This document shows, in pieces, positions 1 to 9,232 of a DNA stretch of 45,047 nucleotides. This stretch comes from an uncultured Chthoniobacter sp. (GTDB lineage: Bacteria > Verrucomicrobiota > Verrucomicrobiia > Chthoniobacterales > JACTMZ01), in assembly GCA_964516705.1 (NCBI GenBank), contig CAZEYV010000095.1, positions 1 to 45,047 of the forward strand, given 5' to 3'. The notes under the pieces are model-generated. The model was not told the origin of the DNA. It did not search any database and was given only the letters and a program-made list of their open reading frames with translations. A program made the position numbers and the translations under genes. Numbering within the stretch: position 1 is the first letter of the stretch; each line of letters starts with the position of its first letter.

Positions 1-52
1 GGTCTATGACCGCCGGAAACTTTTGAGTGGCAGGCACCGGCGGGCATAGACC
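1..52. other. Imperfect inverted repeat / stem-loop at the window edge (arms GGTCTATGACCGCCGG and CCGGCGGGCATAGACC, 20-nt loop)
   Basis: Read directly. Positions 1-16 and 37-52 are reverse complements except at one position. It lies upstream of polX and could be the terminator of an off-window gene. Function unknown. Confidence 0.35.
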
Positions 53-129
53 GCCGCTACAAGCTGGGCCAGGGACATTCTTCCGTTTTTTCCTGCGCAG
101 CACAGACCGCCCTGGCTACACTCGGCCCA

Positions 130-1872
130 ATGTCCTCTGCGACCCGCGACCAAGTCATCGACGTCCTCGAGCGCATCGCCCTTTTACTCGAGCTCCAGGG
201 CGAAAATCCCTTCAAGGTCCGCGCCTACCACAACGGCGCCCGCGCCCTCGAAATGCTCGAGGACGATCTCGGAACCCTGGTCCGCGAGGAAAAATTGCAA
301 GGTATCCCCGGCATCGGCGAGGCGTTGCGCGAAAAAATCAGCACCCTCGTCACGACCGGAAAGCTTCCCTATTACGACGAGCTCGTCGCCCAGTTTCCCC
401 CGAAACTGTTCGAACTCTTCGACGTCCCCGGACTCGGACCAAAAAAAATCAAAGCCCTTTACGAAAAGCTCAACGTCGCCTCGTTGGCCGATCTCGAAAA
501 GGCGTGCCAAGACGACAAAGTCGCCGCTCTCGACGGCTTCGGCGCCAAGACGCAGGAAAAACTTCTCCAGGCGCTCGACACGCTCAAGCAGGGTTCCGGC
601 CGCCACCTCTCGTCCGTCGCGGCCCATGCCGCCACGACGTTGCTCGATGACTTGCGGGCGCACCCGGACACCATCCGCCTGTCCACTGGCGGAAGCGCCC
701 GTCGGCGCAACGAAACGGTCCACGATATCGACATCATTGTCTCGACCAAGGACCCCGCCGCCATCTCCTGCTCCTTCCGCGAGCATCCGCTTGTCGCCAG
801 CGTCATTGCCGCGGGCGATACCAAGTCGAGCGTTATGCTCAAAAACGGCCTCCAAGCCGATCTGCGCGTCGTCTCTGACGAGGAGTATCCCTTCGCCTTG
901 ATGTATTTCACCGGAAGCAAGGAACACAACATTGTGCTGCGCGGTTTGGCGCAGGACCGCGGCTGGACGCTCAACGAATACCGTCTCGCCCCGGTCAAAA
1001 AGGACGCCCCGAAAATCCCGAAAATCCGCGAAGAGCGCGACATCTATGAACTGTTCGGCTTTGATTACATCGAGCCCGAGTTGCGCGAAAACCGCGGCGA
1101 GTTCGAGGCGGCGGCCAAGCACAAGTTGCCGGACCTGGTCAAACTCGAGCAACTCAAGGGAACGTTCCATAACCACACCCGCGCGAGCGACGGACGCGCC
1201 ACGCTGGCCGAAATGGCCGCCGCCGCGCAGGAACTCGGCCTCGAATACCTCGGCATCGCCGACCACAGTAAAGCCTCCTTCCAAGCCAACGGCCTCGACG
1301 CCGCCCGACTCGAAAAGCAGATCGCCGAAATCGCCGCTCTCAACAAGGACTTCCAAGGCTTCCGCCTCTTCAGCGGCACCGAGTGTGATATCCTCAAGGA
1401 CGGCTCGCTCGATTTCCCCGACTCCGTCCTCGCCCAACTCGATTACGTGGTGGCCAGCGTCCATTCCTCCTTCACCCTCGGCGAAGCCGAAATGACCAAG
1501 CGCCTGATCCGCGCGTTGGAAAATCCCCACGTCACCATGCTCGGCCACCTGACCGGACGCCTCCTGCTCAAACGCGAATCCTACGCGGTCAACGTCCCTG
1601 CTGTCCTCGACGCGGCCGCCGCCACCGGCACCTTCCTCGAACTCAATGCCGACCCGCACCGTCTCGATATGGACTGGCGCTGGTGGCGTCTGGCCAAGGA
1701 AAAAGGGGTCAAATGCGTCATCAATCCCGACGCCCATTCGACCGAAGGACTGCAAAACCTCTACTTCGGCATCGGCGCCGCGCGCAAAGGCTGGCTGACC
1801 AAAGACGATGTGGTGAACTGCCTGTCGCTGAAAAAGGTCATCCCCGCCTTGGAGGCCAAAAAGAAGCGATGA
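130..1872 (+). CDS. polX: DNA polymerase X family protein with C-terminal PHP phosphoesterase domain
   Basis: 580-aa ORF. The N-terminal Pol-beta-like HhH/nucleotidyltransferase part contains HDIDIIV. The C-terminal PHP part contains FHNHTRASDG and GIADHS. Confidence 0.9.
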   Translation: MSSATRDQVIDVLERIALLLELQGENPFKVRAYHNGARALEMLEDDLGTLVREEKLQGIPGIGEALREKISTLVTTGKLPYYDELVAQFPPKLFELFDVPGLGPKKIKALYEKLNVASLADLEKACQDDKVAALDGFGAKTQEKLLQALDTLKQGSGRHLSSVAAHAATTLLDDLRAHPDTIRLSTGGSARRRNETVHDIDIIVSTKDPAAISCSFREHPLVASVIAAGDTKSSVMLKNGLQADLRVVSDEEYPFALMYFTGSKEHNIVLRGLAQDRGWTLNEYRLAPVKKDAPKIPKIREERDIYELFGFDYIEPELRENRGEFEAAAKHKLPDLVKLEQLKGTFHNHTRASDGRATLAEMAAAAQELGLEYLGIADHSKASFQANGLDAARLEKQIAEIAALNKDFQGFRLFSGTECDILKDGSLDFPDSVLAQLDYVVASVHSSFTLGEAEMTKRLIRALENPHVTMLGHLTGRLLLKRESYAVNVPAVLDAAAATGTFLELNADPHRLDMDWRWWRLAKEKGVKCVINPDAHSTEGLQNLYFGIGAARKGWLTKDDVVNCLSLKKVIPALEAKKKR

Positions 1873-2768
1873 AAAAGAAAACCTCCGGAGCGCTTGAGTC
1901 CTGGATCAAACGCACCCGCGCCCTGATCGAAAAGTCCCTCCGCGCGTCCGTTCCCGCCCCCACGACCAAGCCGGCGACTATCCATCGTGCCATGCGTTAC
2001 AGTTTGCTTTCCGGCGGCAAGCGCCTGCGCCCGCTTCTTTGCTGTGCCGCTTCCGAGGCCTGCGGCGGCACCGCGCGACCGGCCCTGCCCGCCGCCTGCG
2101 CCGTCGAAATGGTCCATGCTTACTCGCTCATCCATGATGACCTCCCGTGCATGGATGACGACAAACTCCGCCGCGGCCAACCGACATCCCACATTGTCTT
2201 CGGGGAGGGGATTGCTGTCCTGGCCGGCGATGCGTTGCTCACCGAGTCGTTTGCCGTCCTTGCCACCGCCCGGCCACGCGCCCGCCACACCACGGCCGAC
2301 CTCGTGACCGAACTGGCCCGCGCCGCCGGATCGCGCGGTCTCATCGCCGGACAAGTCGCGGACCTCGAGGCCGAAGGACGCAAACCGTCCGAGCCGGCGC
2401 TTTACTTCATCCATGCGGCAAAGACCGGCCTGCTCCTCCGCGCCTCGCTCAAACTCGGCGGCATGTGCGGCGGGGCGACAAGCGCACAACTTGCCGCCCT
2501 CGACCGCTTCGGTTTCGCCCTCGGTCTCGCCTTCCAGATCCAGGACGACATCCTCGACGCCACGCAGAGCGCGGGAAAATTGGGCAAAACCGCGGGCAAA
2601 GATGCCGCCGCCGGAAAAATGACCTTCCCCGCGCTCTTCGGTCTGACGCGCTCGCGGGAACTGGCCGCGCGTTGGACGGCCGAGGCGGTCGAAGCTTTGC
2701 CGCCTCTCGGTCCGCGCGCGGAGGTCCTGCGCGGCCTCGCCGACCTCATGCTAAGTCGCGAGCGTTAA
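1869..2768 (+). CDS. ispA: Short-chain polyprenyl diphosphate synthase (FPP/GGPP synthase)
   Basis: In-frame ATG at 1869 makes an ATGA overlap with the polX stop. Both Asp-rich motifs are present (IHDDLPCMDDDKLRRG and FQIQDDILD). The upstream part of the tracked ORF (from 1683) overlaps polX and is discounted. Product chain length cannot be determined. Confidence 0.85.
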   Translation: MKKKTSGALESWIKRTRALIEKSLRASVPAPTTKPATIHRAMRYSLLSGGKRLRPLLCCAASEACGGTARPALPAACAVEMVHAYSLIHDDLPCMDDDKLRRGQPTSHIVFGEGIAVLAGDALLTESFAVLATARPRARHTTADLVTELARAAGSRGLIAGQVADLEAEGRKPSEPALYFIHAAKTGLLLRASLKLGGMCGGATSAQLAALDRFGFALGLAFQIQDDILDATQSAGKLGKTAGKDAAAGKMTFPALFGLTRSRELAARWTAEAVEALPPLGPRAEVLRGLADLMLSRER

Positions 2769-3809
2769 CGCGCTCTTTTCCGGGCGCACGGTGCCTCCGC
2801 CGGACAGCACTTGATCGAAAGCGGCAATGACTTTGTCCGCCGGGATTTCCCGCATCAAGGCGCTGTCGAGCATGCCGGCGGCTTTTTCCTCGCCGATCCA
2901 TGACTGCGGCCGCACGACGAGGCTCCGCACCCGCCAAGGATACCATTCGAAATATTTCGACCCGCCGAAAATCGCCACCGTCGGGCAGTCGCAGGCCGCG
3001 GCCAGGTGCATCGCCGCGGTATCGACGCCGGCAAAGAGCTTGGCCCGCGAAAGCAGCCACGCCAGTTGCGCCCAATCCGTCTGACCATCCGTCGAAACCG
3101 CCTGCGGTCCCAGCGCGGCGCAGAGTCGTTCGTTCAGCGCCCGCTCCTGCGGATCCGGTCCGCAACTGAACACGATGCGCGGCACACGCCCGAGGAGGGC
3201 GCGCCCCGCCTCGATCCACCGGTCCTCGGCCCATGACTTCCTGGCCCAACGCGTTCCGGCATGGATGACCGCGAATTCCCCGAGGTCCCGCGCCGGCTCC
3301 CATGGCCTCATCGCACCCGGATCGAAGCGAAGGGGCGGAATTTCCGCGGGCAGCGGGAAAACATCGCCGACGGTCAGAAAGTCGCGCTGCAGCTCGTGCC
3401 AGCCATAGCGCCGGCTGGTCGAGGGACAGTTGAATGCGGGGCGCCACCACCAAGGAAACCTCCGGTTCGCCACGTTGGCCGTCCGGCCGCGCGCCCCGCT
3501 CAGGAAGGTCATCCACCGTCCGCGGTCCCCGCCGCTCAGCTCGAAAGCATGCTCAAAGCGCGCCGCGCGCAATTCGCCGAGCAATTTCCGGTCCGCCCCG
3601 CGGTGCGCCTCCCGCGCCGCGCCGTGCTCGGGAATCATGGCGGTGCGCACTTGGTCGATGTGCGGGCAGCCGGCAAGAATCCCCTCGGTGCCCCGGCGCA
3701 CCACGACCCAGATCTCGCTGCGCGGCATGATCTGCTTCACCGCGGCGAGGGTCGGCGTCATGAGCAGGGCATCGCCGATGTGGCGTAGCTTGACGAAGAG
3801 CAGGCGCAT
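2751..3809 (-). CDS. Glycosyltransferase family 9 (LPS heptosyltransferase-like)
   Basis: 352-aa ORF. The N-terminus MRLLFVKLRHIGDALLMTP and the motif GVDTAAMHLAAA are typical of ADP-heptose:LPS heptosyltransferases. Its 3' end overlaps the ispA 3' end convergently by 18 nt. Confidence 0.8.
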   Translation of the reverse strand: MRLLFVKLRHIGDALLMTPTLAAVKQIMPRSEIWVVVRRGTEGILAGCPHIDQVRTAMIPEHGAAREAHRGADRKLLGELRAARFEHAFELSGGDRGRWMTFLSGARGRTANVANRRFPWWWRPAFNCPSTSRRYGWHELQRDFLTVGDVFPLPAEIPPLRFDPGAMRPWEPARDLGEFAVIHAGTRWARKSWAEDRWIEAGRALLGRVPRIVFSCGPDPQERALNERLCAALGPQAVSTDGQTDWAQLAWLLSRAKLFAGVDTAAMHLAAACDCPTVAIFGGSKYFEWYPWRVRSLVVRPQSWIGEEKAAGMLDSALMREIPADKVIAAFDQVLSGGGTVRPEKSALTLAT

Positions 3810-3837
3810 GAAACGGGAGAGCGGCCGCGCCGCGCGC

Positions 3838-4146
3838 CTACCAGAAACGGACCCCGAAGAGGATGAACCCCTTGGGCTTGCCCACGTCGTTCGGATCCCA
3901 AGAGGTGAGGTAGCGGCCGTCGCCGTATCCCTTGGCGGCCAGCGGATTGACCAACTGCCACGGCTGTCTGGTCTGGAAAGCCGCGGCCACCACGCCCTCG
4001 ATCGTGGAGTCCGGATCGAGCGGACTGACCGAACGCGGGGGAGGCGTGACCGCTTCGCGGCGCGGTTGGCGCGGGGCCACGAAGTCCTGCGCGAGGGAGG
4101 ACCCGGCGGCGGTCAGCGCGGCGACAAGGAGGAGCGAACGGCGCAT
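3838..4146 (-). CDS. Small secreted hypothetical protein (102 aa)
   Basis: In-frame ATG at 4146 inside a longer spurious ORF. The N-terminus MRRSLLLVAALTAAGSSLAQ looks like a signal peptide. The protein ends GFILFGVRFW. It lies 28 nt upstream of the GT9 gene on the same strand. No family recognised. Confidence 0.5.
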   Translation of the reverse strand: MRRSLLLVAALTAAGSSLAQDFVAPRQPRREAVTPPPRSVSPLDPDSTIEGVVAAAFQTRQPWQLVNPLAAKGYGDGRYLTSWDPNDVGKPKGFILFGVRFW

Positions 4147-4224
4147 GCCCGACTTTGCGGGATGGCGGCGGGTGCCCGCAATCCCGAAAATCACTCTCGC
4201 CTTGGCCGCCCCTCCCGCCGGATC

Positions 4225-5211
4225 ATGTCCGGAACCATGGATTATCTGTCCAAAGGCCGCCGGGTCATCGGGATCGAGGCGGACGAACTCCGGCGCATGG
4301 CCGAGAACCTCGACGGGGAAGCTTTCGGTCGCGCCATCGAAGCGCTCCGCGAGTGCGCCGACCGCCGCGGCAAGGTTGTCGTTTGCGGCGTGGGCAAATC
4401 CGGCCACATCGGGGACAAAATTGCCGCCACCCTGACCAGCACCGGTTCCACCGCCGTGGTCCTCAATTCGCTCAACGCCCTGCACGGCGACCTCGGGCTC
4501 GTGGCCGACGGCGACGTGGTGCTCGCTTTCAGCTACGGCGGCGAGACCGCCGAGTTGCTCAACATCCTCCCGCCGCTGGCCCGCTTCGAGGTGAAACTCA
4601 TCGCCGTGACCGGACGCCCGGACTCCACCCTCGGCCAGGCCGCCGACGTCGTCCTCGATGTTTCCGTCAGCCAGGAAGCCTGCCCGCTCAATCTCGCCCC
4701 GACTTCCAGCACAACGGCCATGCTCGCCCTCGGCGACGCGCTGGCCATGGTCCTGCTCGAGGCCCGCGGCTTCAATCAGGACGACTTCGCGCGCTTCCAT
4801 CCCGGGGGAAGTTTGGGCCGCGTCCTGCTCAATCGCGTCAACCAGATCATGCGCAAAGAAGCGCAGGTCGCCGTCGCCCCCGCCGATGCCTCCGTGATGG
4901 ATGCGGTCAAAGAAATGACCAAGTGCCGCTCCGGCGCCGCGGCCATCGTCGGTGCGGACGGCAAACTGGCCGGCGTCTTCACCCACGGCGATCTGGCGCG
5001 TCACTACCAGGCCCATCCCGACCTCGGGACACGACCGGTGGCCGGGTTCATGACGAAAAACCCGGTGACCATCCGCGGCGACAAGCTTGCCGCCGAGGCC
5101 TTGCACGTGCTAAAGACCCACCGCATCGATGATCTGATCGTGGTGGACGAAGACAACCGCCCGGTCGGCATCATCGACTCGCAAGACCTCTCGCGCCTCC
5201 AAGGTGTGTGA
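4225..5211 (+). CDS. kdsD: Arabinose-5-phosphate isomerase (KdsD/KpsF type; SIS plus tandem CBS)
   Basis: SIS motif VVCGVGKSGHIGDKIAATL followed by a CBS pair. Start taken at ATG 4225, with an alternative ATG at 4237. The 5' 795 nt of the tracked 593-aa ORF is Arg/Pro-rich junk and is discounted. Confidence 0.85.
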   Translation: MSGTMDYLSKGRRVIGIEADELRRMAENLDGEAFGRAIEALRECADRRGKVVVCGVGKSGHIGDKIAATLTSTGSTAVVLNSLNALHGDLGLVADGDVVLAFSYGGETAELLNILPPLARFEVKLIAVTGRPDSTLGQAADVVLDVSVSQEACPLNLAPTSSTTAMLALGDALAMVLLEARGFNQDDFARFHPGGSLGRVLLNRVNQIMRKEAQVAVAPADASVMDAVKEMTKCRSGAAAIVGADGKLAGVFTHGDLARHYQAHPDLGTRPVAGFMTKNPVTIRGDKLAAEALHVLKTHRIDDLIVVDEDNRPVGIIDSQDLSRLQGV

Positions 5212-5247
5212 GCGTCGCGCCCGAAACTTTCCAACCAACCCGACTTT

Positions 5248-5805
5248 ATGCCCGCCGCCAACGACCTCCGTAAAGGAATGGCCATCAAATACAACACCGA
5301 CACCTACGTCGTGTTGGAAGTCCATCACCGCACCCCCGGCAACCTCCGCGCCTTCGTGCAGGCCATCATCCGCAGCATCAAGACCGGCAAATCGAGCGAC
5401 GTCCGCTTCAGTTCGACCGAAAAAGTCGAACTCATCGACCTGCAGCGCCGTCCGCTCGAGTTCAGCTACAAGGACCATCAGGGTTACCATTTCATGGACC
5501 CCGAGAGCTACGAGACGGTCGAGCTCGACGAGACGCTCCTCGCCGGGGCCAAGGACTACTTGGTGGAGAACCTCAAAGTCGAAGTCCTTTACGCCGAAGG
5601 CAAAGCCGTCGAGGTCGAAGTGCCGGCCTCCGTCACGATGAAAGTCATCGAGTCCCCCGAGGGCCTGCGCGGCGACACGGCGAGCAACGTGCAGAAGCCA
5701 GCCACCCTCGAGTCCGGCCTCATCGTCAACGTCCCGCTCTTCATCAAGGAAGGCGAGATGGTCAAGATCGACACGCGCACCGGCGCTTACATGGGCCGGG
5801 CCTGA
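5248..5805 (+). CDS. efp: Translation elongation factor P
   Basis: 185 aa with three-domain EF-P architecture recognisable throughout, for example GDTASNVQKPATLESGL and the C-terminal YMGRA. The loop reads HHRTPGNLRAF rather than the usual KPGKG. Confidence 0.9.
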   Translation: MPAANDLRKGMAIKYNTDTYVVLEVHHRTPGNLRAFVQAIIRSIKTGKSSDVRFSSTEKVELIDLQRRPLEFSYKDHQGYHFMDPESYETVELDETLLAGAKDYLVENLKVEVLYAEGKAVEVEVPASVTMKVIESPEGLRGDTASNVQKPATLESGLIVNVPLFIKEGEMVKIDTRTGAYMGRA

Positions 5806-5819
5806 CGACTCCCCGTCCG

Positions 5820-6632
5820 ATGGCCAAACGCGCCCGCCGCCCCAAGCCCGCGCGCGGCACGCGTCTCAACACGTCCTTCGCCGCCCCCGCCGACGCCACG
5901 CTCGTCGTGCCGGTGCGCTGGGTGAAATTCGTCGTCGGACTTTTCCTTCTCCCGCTCTGCTACATCCTGACCGCCGCGTTCTTCAGCGCGCTCGTCGATG
6001 CCTTCACCTCGCAGGCGCCCGGTCGCCCCCATTTCTGGGCCACGGTCGAATTCTGGTTCTTCAGCCTCGGGCTCGTCTGCTGGCTCATCATTTACTTCGG
6101 TTTGCCGAAATGGCTGACAGTTTATGTTTTCGGTCATGAACTGACGCACGCGCTCATGGTCAAGATCATGGGCGGACGCGTTTCCGAGTTCCGCTTCGGT
6201 CGTGACGGCGGCTACATCGTTTCCTCGAAGATCAACACGTGGATTGCCCTCGCGCCGTATTTCATCCCGATCTACAGCGTCTTTGTCATTCTCCTTTACG
6301 GTATCGTCTCTCTTTTCTACGACCTCCGACCCCACGCCGAGTTGGCCACCGGGATTCTTTACGGCTTGCTCGGTTTCACCTGGGCCTTCCACGCCACCTT
6401 CACGCTGTCCATGATCCCGCGCGGCCAGACCGACCTCGCTTATGGCGGCACGTTCTTCTCCCTCACGGTCATCTACCTGATGAACCTCCTCGTTCTTTCG
6501 CTCCTCCTCGTCCTGGCCACGCCCTACGTCAGCTTCGCCAGCTTCGGCCGCGAACTCCTCGCCCATGCCGCCACGTTCGCGTCGGAGGCGGGTCGGGTTT
6601 CCGAGTTGCTGCTCCGCGCGCTCAATCTTTAG
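5820..6632 (+). CDS. Polytopic membrane protein with HExxH motif (putative zincin-like membrane metallopeptidase, DUF3267-like)
   Basis: 270 aa with several hydrophobic segments and an HELTH motif in [17 protein letters not shown]. It starts 14 nt after the efp stop. The family assignment is from memory only. Confidence 0.55.
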   Translation: MAKRARRPKPARGTRLNTSFAAPADATLVVPVRWVKFVVGLFLLPLCYILTAAFFSALVDAFTSQAPGRPHFWATVEFWFFSLGLVCWLIIYFGLPKWLTVYVFGHELTHALMVKIMGGRVSEFRFGRDGGYIVSSKINTWIALAPYFIPIYSVFVILLYGIVSLFYDLRPHAELATGILYGLLGFTWAFHATFTLSMIPRGQTDLAYGGTFFSLTVIYLMNLLVLSLLLVLATPYVSFASFGRELLAHAATFASEAGRVSELLLRALNL

Positions 6633-6678
6633 AGCCGCCGCTCTGGAAACGCGGCGGACATTCTGCTTTCCTTCCCCC

Positions 6679-7503
6679 ATGGCAAAAACGGCGTGGCGAA
6701 AAATCAAGGATTACACCGACCTGAAATTCGAGCAGACGGAGGACGGCATCGCCAAGATCACGATCAACCGCCCCGAAGTCCGCAATGCCTTCCGTCCGCA
6801 GACGGTCGATGAACTGAAAAACGCCCTCGACCACTGCCGCGACGATGCTTCGATCGGCGTGGTTGTCCTCACCGGTGAGGGGGACAAGGCTTTCTGCTCC
6901 GGCGGCGACCAGAAGGTGCGCGGCCAGGGGGGCTATGTCGGGCCCGACGGCGTGCCGCGCCTCAACATCCTCGACGTGCAAAAACAGATCCGCAGCCTGC
7001 CCAAGCCGGTGGTGGCCATGGTCGCCGGCTACGCCATCGGCGGAGGTCACGTGCTGCATGTGGTCTGCGATCTGACCATTGCCGCGGACAACGCCCGCTT
7101 CGGCCAGACCGGTCCGAGGGTCGGTTCGTTCGACGGCGGCCTCGGGGCGAGCTACCTCGCGCGCGTGGTCGGACAAAAAAAAGCCCGCGAAATCTGGTTT
7201 CTCTGCCGTCAATATGACGCGCAGCAGGCGCTCGACATGGGGCTGGTCAATGCCGTCGTGCCCCTGGCCCAACTCGAGGAAGAAACCATCAAGTGGTGCC
7301 GCGAAATGCTCGAGCTTTCTCCCATGGCCCTGCGTTGCCTCAAGGCCGCGCTCAATGCCGACTGCGACGGCCAGATGGGCCTGCTCGACCTCGCCGGCAA
7401 CGCGACGCTTCTTTACTACCTCAGCGAAGAGGCCAAAGAGGGCAAGCAAGCCTTCCTCGAAAAGCGGAAACCGGATTTTTCGAAGTATCCGCGTTTTCCC
7501 TGA
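6679..7503 (+). CDS. menB: 1,4-dihydroxy-2-naphthoyl-CoA synthase
   Basis: Near-continuous similarity by eye to MenB, including [46 protein letters not shown] and [17 protein letters not shown]. Start taken at ATG 6679 (MAKTAW). Confidence 0.92.
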   Translation: MAKTAWRKIKDYTDLKFEQTEDGIAKITINRPEVRNAFRPQTVDELKNALDHCRDDASIGVVVLTGEGDKAFCSGGDQKVRGQGGYVGPDGVPRLNILDVQKQIRSLPKPVVAMVAGYAIGGGHVLHVVCDLTIAADNARFGQTGPRVGSFDGGLGASYLARVVGQKKAREIWFLCRQYDAQQALDMGLVNAVVPLAQLEEETIKWCREMLELSPMALRCLKAALNADCDGQMGLLDLAGNATLLYYLSEEAKEGKQAFLEKRKPDFSKYPRFP

Positions 7504-7600
7504 GAAACAATTCCGCCACGGATGAAGAAGATCAACGGCTTGGATAACCCTTCTTAATCCTCTGCTATCCGTGGCCCCGTATTTCCGTTAGTCTCAAATC

Positions 7601-8686
7601 ATGTCCAGCAGCACCGGTCAGCTTTTCCGCATCGCCACGTGGGGGGAATCCCACGGGGGCGGGGTGGGGGTTGTCATTGACGGCTGCCTGCCGCAACTCG
7701 ATCTGACCGAAGCCGATATCCAGAGAGAACTCGACCGCCGCCGCCCCGGCCAGAGCGATATCGTCACGCCGCGCAAGGAGGCGGACCGGTGCGAAATTTT
7801 ATCCGGCGTCTTCCAAGGCAAAACTCTCGGCACGCCCATCGCCATTCTCGTGCGCAACGAGGACGCGCGTCCCGAGGCCTACAGCGAGATGGAGACGACC
7901 TTCCGTCCGTCCCACGCCGATTTCACCTACCAAGCGAAATACGGCATCCGCAACTGGCAGGGCGGGGGACGGGCCTCCGCGCGCGAAACAATCGGACGCG
8001 TCGCCGCCGGCGTCGTGGCCCGCAAGCTGCTCGAGGCGCTGCATCCGGGCATCGACGTGCTCGCTTGGGTCAGCCGCGTGCACCAGATCGAAGCGAACGT
8101 CGAGGTGACAAAGGTCACGGCTTCGGACATCGAGGCGAATGCGGTCCGCTGTCCCGATGCCGCCACCGCGGAAAAGATGATCGCCCGCATCAAGGAAGCC
8201 CGCTCCAACGGCGATTCGGTCGGCGGACTCATCGAATGCGTGGTGCGGGGGTGCCCGCCCGGACTGGGCGAACCCGCCTTCGACAAGTTGGAAGCAGACC
8301 TGGCCAAAGCCATGCTCAGCCTGCCGGCGACCAAGGGTTTTGAAATCGGGTCCGGCTTCGAGGGCACCAAGCTGACCGGACGCGAACACAACGATGCTTT
8401 TGAAATGCGCGAAGGCCGCGCCCGGACCGCAACGAACCGCTCCGGCGGAATTCAGGGCGGCATCAGCAACGGTGAAGACATCACCTTCCGCGTCGCTTTC
8501 AAGCCGACCGCGACGATTGCCAGCAAGCAGCAAACCGTCACCGCCGCTGGCGAAAATACCGAACTCGCCGCCCGCGGGCGCCACGACCCGTGTGTCATTC
8601 CCCGCGCCGTCCCCATCGTCGAGGCCATGGTCTGGCTGGTGCTGGCCGACCACGCGCTGCGCCAGCGGGCCCAGCAGGCGGTGTAA
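7601..8686 (+). CDS. aroC: Chorismate synthase
   Basis: 361 aa. The N-terminus [23 protein letters not shown], together with RPSHADFTY and GGRASARET, is diagnostic of AroC. Confidence 0.95.
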   Translation: MSSSTGQLFRIATWGESHGGGVGVVIDGCLPQLDLTEADIQRELDRRRPGQSDIVTPRKEADRCEILSGVFQGKTLGTPIAILVRNEDARPEAYSEMETTFRPSHADFTYQAKYGIRNWQGGGRASARETIGRVAAGVVARKLLEALHPGIDVLAWVSRVHQIEANVEVTKVTASDIEANAVRCPDAATAEKMIARIKEARSNGDSVGGLIECVVRGCPPGLGEPAFDKLEADLAKAMLSLPATKGFEIGSGFEGTKLTGREHNDAFEMREGRARTATNRSGGIQGGISNGEDITFRVAFKPTATIASKQQTVTAAGENTELAARGRHDPCVIPRAVPIVEAMVWLVLADHALRQRAQQAV

Positions 8687-8749
8687 AGCGTCCCTCCGGG
8701 TCCGACTTTTTCCGTGCCGAGCGGGCGCCTTCCCCTCTAATTTCGGCCT

Positions 8750-9214
8750 GTGAACAAATTATCCCCCTTGATTGTGGCGGCTTTGGTCGCCGGCTTCGGA
8801 TGCTCCCTCCTCTCGGCCGAAATGGTCGGGCAAAAGCTGCCTTCGGGCACTTTGAACTTCGTCGGCCCCAAGCCGGAAATGGACGGCCAGCCTTTGCTTC
8901 TCGAATTCTGGGCCACGTGGTGTCCGCCCTGCCGCGAGAGCATCCCGCATCTGAACGACATCCATGCGAAGTTCAAGGAACGCGGATTGCTGGTCGTGGG
9001 CGTGACCGATGAACCGAACGCCGTGATCCGCAAATTCCAGAAAGAAGTTCCCATGGACTACGCCGTGGCGACCGACACCGGCGGACGGTTGAACGAAAAG
9101 ATGGGCGTCAGCGGCATCCCGCACGCGTTTCTGATCAACAAGTCCGGCGAAATCGTCTGGGAAGGTCATCCGAACCGGCTGCGTGACGAGGATATCGAGA
9201 AGATCCTCGACTAG
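8750..9214 (+). CDS. TlpA-like periplasmic thiol:disulfide oxidoreductase (thioredoxin fold)
   Basis: GTG start at 8750. Hydrophobic signal or lipoprotein-like N-terminus (LIVAALVAGFGCS) and active-site WATWCPPC. Confidence 0.8.
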   Translation: MNKLSPLIVAALVAGFGCSLLSAEMVGQKLPSGTLNFVGPKPEMDGQPLLLEFWATWCPPCRESIPHLNDIHAKFKERGLLVVGVTDEPNAVIRKFQKEVPMDYAVATDTGGRLNEKMGVSGIPHAFLINKSGEIVWEGHPNRLRDEDIEKILD

Positions 9215-9232
9215 CTCTCGCGCCGGAAAATC

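Noticed and set aside
184-1755. 523-aa minus-strand ORF inside polX
   Set aside because: It is antisense to a confidently identified gene and has the typical GC-rich shadow-ORF composition.
4155-4181. 7-bp inverted repeat TTGCGGG-N13-CCCGCAA in the divergent region between the small secreted-protein gene and kdsD
   Set aside because: A short repeat in GC-rich DNA could easily be chance, and no regulator is available to link it to.
3430-4224. N-terminal 265 codons of the tracked 593-aa ORF preceding kdsD
   Set aside because: The translation is Arg/Pro-rich and overlaps the GT9 and small secreted-protein genes on the other strand. The SIS-domain protein begins sensibly at ATG 4225.
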